DNA of 64,000 nucleotides from Bugula neritina (Eukaryota > Animalia > Bryozoa): positions 6,210,698 to 6,274,697 of the forward strand of contig OZ037765.1 in the NCBI GenBank assembly GCA_964035545.1. Direction: 5' to 3'. The translations under genes and the position numbers were made by a program. Under the pieces are notes generated by a model. That model was not told the origin of the DNA. It made no database searches and saw nothing but the letters and a program-made list of their open reading frames with translations. Of the stretch, positions 54,901 to 64,000 are shown in pieces; position 1 is the first letter of the stretch; every line of letters begins with the position of its first letter.

Positions 54901-55992
54901 GCTGTATTTATATATAAAGTTGAGCTATCATCTATATCATTGAGCTTAAATCAGTTGAAAATGTATACAAAGACAAAAGAAGCAGCAATTTTCTTTGGTA
55001 ATTTCAGTTTTTTAGCATATGTTGTGGGAGTTGCATACTCTCAAAATTTGTAACTTGAAGCTCATAACCACAAATTGGATCATGAATAGCATTGAGAACA
55101 CAACTCTAATTAAATTTCAACATGGTAATCATGCCAAATCTCAAACCAAATTTATTTTGCATACTTCACAACTTACAGCTACTGCAATATACAATCCAGT
55201 ATAGTTTATTCTTTAAACATTATGTTTACTATTATGGCTACTCAATTACGCCTATTCAATTTGCATCAAAATGCTCTGTAATATTGGATTCAATTCTACA
55301 ACTACAATTGGTTACAGTTATAACATCACCTGTTTACTATATTAATAATTTTGCACCAAAACATCTTGCTAAACATGGATAAATTATCAAATACGGTAGA
55401 ATAACGCAAAATAAAATTGAATCTAAGACTATCATCAAACATATTATTGCAGCTGCAGCTATCAAGAGCCAAGTTACTAAATGCTTAGGTACACTTGAAC
55501 TTGTATTCGGGAGATTTCCGACAAAAGAATTGTACTTAGCAAACAGCAGAGGCCATAAAAACTTTATCTCACTACCTGCATAATAGGTATGGCTATATAT
55601 TGCAGAACTCATCTTAAAGTTAGTATAAAAGCATAAAAATAACTTTCTATTTGTAAGTTTGTATCATTGGTTTACTTTTATAAGCGTTCTAAATAATTAC
55701 TGCTGTAATTAATTTCTGCTAAATTAAGTTAATTTTTTAGAATAATATACATATTTAAACAAAAATGATAACATAGGATCCATAAATTTTAATAAAAACT
55801 TATTATATAAATTATGTTTCCCCAATTTACATACACACTTATTTTTCTAAAGATTCAATCCTTACAGAACTATTTGATAGCAAAGGTGTTAGGAGCATGC
55901 TGGCAACATGGTTTGAGAGGTTCTGCTTGTACCACTGCAAGTGTTCTTCTTGACGCCGCCAAGGACCCTGCCTAGAATAGAGGGTTTTCAGA

Positions 55993-58900
55993 CATCTCTC
56001 TAGGGGGATTTGTATTTTAAAGTTGTCTCCCCCTACAGGGATTGGGGGCAGTCTCGATGATATATAGAAGGCCCATAAAATAAGTAGAAATGTAAGGTTT
56101 GAGTGAAGACTACTACTAGTATAAGTTTCATTTTTTCTGAGATTAATATTTTGGCATAAGTACACATATGAGCAGTTTCAGAATTTTTTTTAAAAATTTT
56201 GTTAATGATAAATGGCACAAAAACAAAACTTCAAAGCATATTTGTGGTTTTGGTTAGTGAGCAAATCTGAAGCTGGCAGCTGTCATTCACCGGCTTTCCA
56301 TGGACCGATCTCAGCGAGATCGATCCATGGAAAGACGTTAAAGATCGATCTCAGTCGATCTGAGCTGGTCGGTCTGTGGAGCTCGAACTCAGATCGATCT
56401 CATGTCAATAAGACCATGGAAAGACGCCAGATCGATCTGAGAAGTAGAAAAAGACTGCGCGCTACAATGCTGTCTGCTAATAAAAATGATAACTTATTGA
56501 TAATTACTAAGCAAAGTATTAAATAATTATGATAGCCACCTTTTTAGATGCCAAAACTTTGACTTTCAGTACAATGATTAAGAAAACTCAATTATATGCA
56601 GTAGAAGGTTGAAAAAAATGGGAGAATTTAAATTGAATTTTAATGACTATTAAAACTTAGTTTCATTAGCTATTTTCTTTGTAATTTTAAGCCTAACAGT
56701 CCTGTAAGTTTATTAATAATCTGCAAGACAGCCATTAATTTTATATAAGCTGTCAAGCTAAAAAATTAAAATCAATTATTTTAAATTGGCCAAATTATCA
56801 TACACTGAAAGCTTTGCTGCGTATAGTTTATAGCTGGGATTAAATTTTAGACTACGACCATCTTGTTTTCAACAGTAGTAGCTTTAATCACTCAAATAGG
56901 TGAACAAATTATACTTTTAAAGTATCCTTCACTTAAGAGGAGGCAACTTCGCGAGATCGATCTGACACTCTCATGGAAAAACGATCGATCTGAGCACATT
57001 TCTCAGATCGATCTCAGCGAGATCGATCTGAGATCGGTACATGGAAAGCCCGTGATTATTATTTGCTTTGCCGACTGTAACCAGTCTGTTTAGAGCTGCT
57101 AACCTTTCAACTCTTAGGACAATAATAACATGCTCGTACACAGTATAGCTGCACTAGTGGGCTCTGTCTTACTGAACTCCAAATGCTCCAAATTATGGGT
57201 TGGAACACATGCCTGTACGTTTATGAAGGCACTGGCTCATTTGTATTAACATGTTCACGTACTTACACACCTATACTATGAAAATAACTAAGCCACCCTA
57301 CTATCTAATATTTCTATATATCAAAAAAATTATTATAAATATAAAGATATGTATTAAAATAGATAGATTAAATTTGTAATTTCAAACAACATCTTATCTA
57401 AAAATGTCAAACACTGTATAACTATATATATGTTTTAAAAGCATTTGTTTACATGGCATGCATGCAAGTCAATGAAAATATTTAGAGAACAGTAAAAAGA
57501 AGCATATAAATTTTAGAATAGTTTCTTCTTTTCTGAGATGAATATTTTGGAAAGGTCCCACAATTCAACGTTTAAATTAAATCTGTAAAAAAAATTCACA
57601 GTGTATTTTCAATGAAGAATTATTCTTGCAAGCTGTTTGTATACCAACATTCCTAATTTACAGAAATGTTTTTGGAGCATTGTAAATTATATACTGCTGC
57701 ATTGCAGAAAAAAAATCATCAAAAAAAGCACTTTTCAGCCAAAGCAACTTGGCTTGTTTCCAAAAAAGAGTTAAAATGTACATTTAGTACCAGCTGTAAA
57801 GTATAGAAAGAACGAACTATGTCATAATGACTGCATTCTTATGACACTAATGAAATTAAGATTGGCTTTACTCCATACGGGTCTTGCTCAAAGGTGGAGT
57901 TTTAAATAATGCTACAAAGTTTTACTAAATTCCCAGATAATACTTTTTATATCAAATCATTTGGCTTTGCTGATTTAGCTATATTATGTACATTTTGTAC
58001 TTATTTATCTCTAGGTCAGTTTTCAGCCATATATTTGACCACATTGCTATACTTCCTTTGTGCCAGCATTCTCTCCTTTATATCTTTTCTGTGGTTTCCA
58101 ATAATTTTCAGTAGTATGTCACTGTATGTAAACTATGTAAACCATCAGGCTATCTCTTATACAATGCATGCTGTTATAAGAATAACAGCAGCTGTTTTGT
58201 ATTCCATCAACCTTGTTGCAAGAATTTTGCTTGCTTGAAGCTCTCTGTTGAGTAGCTGTCTCTCTATATTACATAACTGCTTGTTCAAGAAAGTGCCCGA
58301 TGAGAACTGTCCAACTTTAGCTGTCTAACTTAAATTACATTATATAGGATTACATCCCTACATAATAAGCTGATTAAACAACACATATAAATCGGCCAAA
58401 AACACCACACACTTGACTAGCTCTAGTTTGACTCATTTATATTTCGAGTTTTTCACATTACTTGAACATGCTTTAGCCAATTTGTTGCATTATTTTTCAT
58501 CCATACATGTAATACAAGGATTTAGTATATTAATTTTTTAAGTTTGGATTGTCTACTAGGCAGGTATCGCAGATATTTAATCAGACTGTGAAGTTGCTTA
58601 GAGAAGCTCTAAATCCAATGATAGTATTTTATCAACACACGGAGGTTAATAAAACATGTCCACCTCAATGAACTTTGACCTAGTTAACTAGACCACTGTA
58701 AAATGGCATGCCAGAACAAATGCAAACCAGCTTGCAAAAATAATTCTTCATTGAAAATACACTGTGAAAAATTCTTTTACAGACTTTATTTAAACGTTGA
58801 ATTGTGGGACATTTCCAAAATATTCATCTCAGAAAAAAAGAAACTATTCTGAAATTTATATGCTTCTTTTTACTGTTCTCTAAATATTTTCATTGACTTG

Positions 58901-59603
58901 CATGCATGCCATGTAAACAAATGCTTTTAAAACATATATAGTTACACAGTGTTTGGCATTTTTAGATAAGATGTTGTTTGAAATTACAAATTTAATCTAT
59001 CTATTTTAATACATATCTTTATATTTATAATAATTTTTTTGATATATAGAAATATTAGATAGTAGGGTGGCTTAGTTATTTTCATAGTATAGGTGTGTAA
59101 GTATGTGAACATGTTAATACAAATGAGCCAGTGCCTTCATAAACGTACAGGCATGTGTTCCAACCCATAATTTGGAGCATATTTTGGAGTTCAGTAAGAC
59201 AGAGCCCACTAGTGCAGCTATACTGTGTACGAGCATGTTATTATTGTCCTAAGAGTTGAAAGGTTAGCAGCTCTAAACAGACTGGTTACAGTCGGCAAAG
59301 CAAATAATAATGACAGCTGCCAGCTTCAGATTTGCTCACTAACCAAAACCACAAATATGCTTTGAAGTTTTGTTTTTGTGCCATTTATCATTAACAAAAT
59401 TTTTTAAAAAAATCCTGAAACTGCTCATATGTGTACTTATGCCAAAATATTAATCTCAGAAAAAATGAAACTTATACTAGTAGTAGTCTTCACTCAAACC
59501 TTACATTTCTACTTATTTTATGGGCCTTCTATATATCATCGAGACTGCCCCCAATCCCTGTAGGGGGAGACAACTTTAAAATACAAATTCCCCTAGAGGG
59601 ATG
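55993..59603. repeat. large inverted repeat / foldback-like element: arms 55993-57639 (with nested MITE) and 58723-59603, spacer ~1.08 kb
   Basis: ~880-bp arms are nearly identical in reverse complement (e.g. GTTGTCTCCCCCTACAGGGATTGGGGGCAGTCTCG vs CGAGACTGCCCCCAATCCCTGTAGGGGGAGACAAC). No TSD found. Confidence 0.9.
56288..57054. mobile_element. 767-bp non-autonomous DNA transposon with CAC..GTG termini and 3-bp TSD (CACTA/EnSpm-like; superfamily uncertain)
   Basis: TIR CACCGGCTTTCCATGGACCGATCTCAG / CTGAGATCGGTACATGGAAAGCCCGTG; ATT TSD confirmed by the empty site in the other arm (~59301-59316); eight subterminal GATCGATC motifs. Confidence 0.88.
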
Positions 59604-61057
59604 AATCAACCGACCATATACAACCTATTGGTTTAGATGTAAGGCTGTGCAGTGCTCTAACCGTATTGAAAACTGCTGTATCTCTATACCAAAATATATT
59701 TTTTTATATCTTGCAGTTGACTATGTGCATGTGGCTTAATAATTAGCAGGATATAATCAAATGATTGGTCTGTTTTATAGCATTGACATCATTGGCTATT
59801 CAATCTAGAACATTGAATATAATAAGTTAGATAATGTCATATTATTAATTGTCACAAATTCACAAATATACCTGTAGACTTACCGGGTTTTTCCTAATGA
59901 TTATACAAGAATGTTCATAAATGTTCTAGACTGATCAAAGAGATGGGTCATTGTTCATTGTTGCTGTTTTCATTAGTCATGTTAACTACTGCCCAGCAAT
60001 GTAAACAAGGTGTTGCACAATAATTGCGAAATAACCATGGAAATTCCAATGTTTTGTTTTGTTTTGATTTTCTATAAATAGTATTGGCATGTGGGGAATG
60101 TTTTCTACTAGAATTTTCTATACTAGAATGCTTGAGAATGTTCTAGAGTTTTTTTGTTTACTATGAATACTGAGGCAGTTGTGTTTACAAATCAATTCAT
60201 TTTCGGAGTTCATTTTCATAAGTTCATCTGTGCATATCTTATTAGAGAAATAAAGTCTACTTATATTCACAACTCTATTTACTCTCAACTGGATTAGCAA
60301 GCTGTATGCTACTTGTCTATACACTTCTGACTACCAGACTTTTCGAACTCGTCACACTGCTACCAACAGTTTTGTGACATTAATGCTCATCTTTTAGTCA
60401 TATGAAATTCCTATAATCATCAATTTTTATATCTGAAAAACACTAAAAGTTAGTTACCCTAGAGGTCTAGACTGTATCACCATGCAATGAAATAAAATTA
60501 CAAAATACTGCTCGAAAGAATTCTGCCAAGTTAAGGCAGATAGCTACAACCTCGTTGATGCAGTCCGTGTGAAAACGTTTCAAATACTAAGGTACTGACT
60601 AACATACTAAAAATACTCTCTTTGATGACTTTAAAGTGAGCTTACAAACCATCCTGTAGACTCAACCTATTAGAGTATGCAGCAGAGTTGTGAAATCTGC
60701 TCACATCTACCCGTCAGGACTTGCATGAAAACGTCTAAAATAAAGCTACTTAATTCATATAAATCTCTATAATTGCTAAGAGGGTTTTAGTACCAAATAA
60801 AAGCACAATTGCATAGCCTTTAATCAGTAAAAAGCATGAAGCAAACAACAGAAATTGCCGCTGTTTGTGAGAATCATGGCTACACTAAATGATCATTTCC
60901 TTCTCCAGCTAGATAACTAAGTGATCCTTTTTATATACTCACGATAACATGCTTCTCCTTAATAATATTATACATAATGCTTTCTATTGCAGCGCTAGTC
61001 TGTTCTTATAGAGCTTTCCGGTTAAGGCAGCAATGGGTAGATTCAAATGGGGGACAT

Positions 61058-62522
61058 TGTAGTGGACCAATAAAAAATTTTTAGCTGTTGATGAATAAAA
61101 TTTTTGCCTCTCTGTAAAACTTTAGAGCCACATTAGATTCAAAGTTGAACAATAGTTTCTTTCCTAATTCTATCACTGGTTTTATCATACTTCTTAGCAA
61201 ATTGTTTTCCTTAGTGAAGACTCCTGCTATTACTGTTAAATTCTATCCAATGAAGATTTGATGGGTTAATATTCAACCACATGATACCTACACATTTAGT
61301 CTAATTTATCTTGAGTTGTATTGTGGTATAATGTTTGGTCAAATAGTGTTGCACATATATACATTGCACATAGAAGCACGTCATGGTACACAACTTAGTA
61401 CTAGCAGAAAATTATTATTCATTCTATTAACATAGAACACTGTCTGAAGTGAGCTAATTACAACATAAGCAGTTATGAATAAAATAACTTGTATACGTTG
61501 TTGAAAATACTATATTTGCTGTATCAAATTGCATATGAATTGCCAATTGGGGTGCTAATTAAGTCAGATGACACGCACACATGTATGTAACTGCACCTAT
61601 CCTACGGTGTTAAATAAAATATTTTAATATACCATTAAAATGTATTTCGTTGTACGCTCGATAATTTATTTAACAAGGGTTATCTACCTTCGTAGTTTAA
61701 TCACTTGAGAAATTTTGGTGTGCCGTCTATCTTTAACGTGATTGGTCCAGAAGCTGCAAAATTTTCGCAATTGATTACAAAAAGTATTGCTATACGATCT
61801 TATGTCATTACTATTGTAGAGATTTAGGAGGCTGTGATCTATTAACTGCGATAAAAAGTTAAAATGCAGAAGGAGCGTTAACTTCGCATGATAATGAATA
61901 TCACCAACACTTAATAACCAAGAAGTGTATGAGTTTAATTTTGAAAAGAAGATAATGTGATAGATTCTCATCCTCTACTGTTCTCAAGTAACTGCGTGTG
62001 TCAGTATTATAATTACTGTTGCGTATATTTTGAATGCCGTAATTGTAGCTAAGTTGCACTAGCTTTCTAATGCCTTATTATTGTGATTAAGCTTTCAGTA
62101 TAATGTAATTTTCATTAAATACGCATTTCCAGAGTTATTTTCCCTTTTTGCTATTTCATCGTTTTGCATTAATACTGATACTGGAAATTTGTGTAGCTTT
62201 TATGAATGCCTTCAATAGGTTGTTATTATAGCTAAATTCTTGGCCTATTGAATTATTCATTCTCCTTTGTCTATTTTTCTTTTGTTACTGTCAAGCTTAA
62301 CTTTCTTTTGTCTGTTGGAACATTCTAGATGTGAATTCTTGTGTATAAAAGCAGGCGAGTTTCCAGTGTAGCTTCAGACTACTACTGGAGCTCGCTGGTA
62401 GTAGGACCACATGAGCTGTATCTGATACAATAAAGGTTATCCTCATTTGTACTCAAATACTTGGCTTATTCTTTCTAGAGCATGTAGGCACTAGTTGCAT
62501 TCAGAACCCACAGTTTACTACA
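61058..62522 (+). mobile_element. 5' LTR of Gypsy-type retrotransposon (left boundary tentative)
   Basis: Ends GTTTACTACA directly before the PBS; best matching start is TGTAGTGGAC at 61058; TATAAAA at 62344 and AATAAA at 62429. Confidence 0.65.
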
Positions 62523-62523
62523 T

Positions 62524-62541
62524 TGGTGGCAGCGGTGGGAT
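62524..62541 (+). promoter_or_regulatory. primer binding site complementary to tRNA-Leu 3' end
   Basis: TGGTGGCAGCGGTGGGAT is the reverse complement of ATCCCACCGCTGCCACCA, the tRNA-Leu 3' end; it lies 1 nt after the LTR CA. Confidence 0.88.
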
Positions 62542-62572
62542 TTTCGAATAACTAGTTGCCGAGCGGCGCGCA

Positions 62573-63478
62573 ATGGCCCCAGGGGACTCAGCCCCTGAGG
62601 CAGCAACACCACCAGCCCTCACGGTTGAGGCGCTGGTCACAGCCCTCCAGGGATTGCGGGGTCAAGGACAGGCATCACCTGGTGACAGGTATCGCCTCCA
62701 GCCCCCGAATTTCGGAGGAGAAGGAGACGTAGAGCAATTCATCAGGGAGTTCCAGGATGTGGCCACCATCGCTGAATGGCCAGTACGGGTGCGCATCCTC
62801 CAACTCCGGGCCTGTCTGACAGGCCGGGCCAAGAGCTTTGCTCTTGGGCCTGATGAAGAGCACATCATGCGGGCTCTCAGAGCCCGGTTCGGCCTATCAG
62901 CCGAAGAAGCAGCTGATCGTTTGCAGATAATGAGGAGAGACCGGAAGACTCCTCTGGAAGATCACGCTAACGAGGTAGAGCGCCTGGCTCAGGCTGCTTT
63001 CGGTCATGCCACTGGCGACGACCGAAAGCGCCTCGTTTATAACGCGTTCTTCCGGAGCGTGAATCACCCGAACCTGCAGCGACACTGGCTGGCCGCCAAG
63101 GTCAACAGTATAGAGGAAGCGCTGGAAATGGGGAAGGCTTACTTCCAGGTGGAAGAGCCTAGGCGACCGAGCTATACAGCCCGCCAAGTGGTCGAGGAGC
63201 ATGAGGAGACCACCCCACTTCCAACTCCACAGGTAGCAGCAGCTGCAACTAAATCACCCGAGCAGACGCAGCTCACCATGTTAATGGACATGATGAAAGG
63301 CCTGCAGGCTACGGTGACGAAGTTGCAGAACGAACAGGCGGATAGGCGGGCTCCCCGTTCACGGGACAACCCTGTCCGCCCATCTCTGCTAATCTGTTGG
63401 GGGTGCGGGGCGCAAGGGCACGTGAGGAGGCACTGCCCTAGAGGCCAAGGGCCTTTAAACACCCAAGGCTCACGGTAA
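62573..63478 (+). CDS. gag: Gypsy-type Gag with CCHC zinc knuckle, 301 aa
   Basis: F.GEGDVEQFIREF...AEW...LRACLTGRA capsid-like segment and CWGCGAQGHVRRHC knuckle; GC-rich and intact. Confidence 0.92.
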   Translation: MAPGDSAPEAATPPALTVEALVTALQGLRGQGQASPGDRYRLQPPNFGGEGDVEQFIREFQDVATIAEWPVRVRILQLRACLTGRAKSFALGPDEEHIMRALRARFGLSAEEAADRLQIMRRDRKTPLEDHANEVERLAQAAFGHATGDDRKRLVYNAFFRSVNHPNLQRHWLAAKVNSIEEALEMGKAYFQVEEPRRPSYTARQVVEEHEETTPLPTPQVAAAATKSPEQTQLTMLMDMMKGLQATVTKLQNEQADRRAPRSRDNPVRPSLLICWGCGAQGHVRRHCPRGQGPLNTQGSR

Positions 63479-64000
63479 CTTCCGCCAACCGTGGGCCTCA
63501 CGCCAATCCCATCCGGGATAGGACTCGAAGAGGAGAAGAAGAGACCTCCACAGGGTCTGCCGATACCGAGTGGCAGAGGCCACGGAGACCTCGGAGACCG
63601 CAAGGTCTACCCGATCCTCCGACCGTGTCACTCGAGACCCGGATGCAGCTAGAAGAAGCAGGATGGCAGGCACCTCGGAGATCTCGGAGACCGCAAGGTC
63701 TGCCCGATCCTCCGGCCTGGCCACTCCAGAACCGGTTCGCGGGGTTGCCCGAGGAGGTTGTGGAGGAGGTTTCAGCTTACTCGCAAGAGTACCCCAAGCT
63801 ACCCTCCCGACCTCAGAAAACCCCCGTTGTCTCTAAGACGAAGAGGAGGCCCGCTGTGCGGACCCAAGTTGTGTCTCCCCCAGAGACTGACCGCTCCAGG
63901 AGCACCCAGCCGTATGGAAGCAGCTACTTCCTGCCCGGAAAGATTTTGGGTAAAGCTGCCACATTCCTACTGGATACTGGGTGCACTACCAACCTGCTGA
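63454..64000 (+). CDS. pol: pol N-terminus (transframe linker + aspartic protease) in -1 frame relative to gag; runs off window
   Basis: Stop-free frame from the TTTAAAC slippery site to SYFLPGKILGKAATFLLDTGCTTNLL (retropepsin DTG motif). Confidence 0.9.

Noticed and set aside
54400-55990. Possible decayed hAT transposase fragments
   Set aside because: Only vague motif resemblance across broken frames.
62662-63836. Antisense and alternate-frame ORFs over gag/pol
   Set aside because: Expected by-products of GC-rich coding sequence; no independent motifs.

Overview
AT-rich, intron-rich genomic DNA from a bilaterian invertebrate (inferred from miR-7 and the gene set; species not determinable here). 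Host genes in order: NATD1(-), Syd-1/RhoGAP100F-type PDZ-C2-RhoGAP(+), SYS1(+), BOP1(-), HSF1(+), TEPP/SPMIP8(-) and HNRNPK(+), the last with miR-7 in its final intron. BOP1 and HSF1 are head-to-head as in mammals, but are separated by a head-to-tail pair of PIF/Harbinger transposons. One is a 778-bp non-autonomous copy and the other an intact 4.55-kb element encoding a MADF-BESS protein and a DDE transposase. Both have family-specific asymmetric ends, and the insertion site resembles the element's own right end. The 3' part holds a 3.6-kb foldback-like inverted repeat with a nested CAC..GTG MITE, and the 5' end of a Gypsy-type LTR retrotransposon (LTR, tRNA-Leu PBS, gag, UUUAAAC -1 frameshift signal, protease). 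Several MITE families, a Helitron-like 3' end tandem, a 429-bp tandem duplication and cryptically simple tracts near gene 5' ends are also present. All gene models were spliced by eye; no searches were run.
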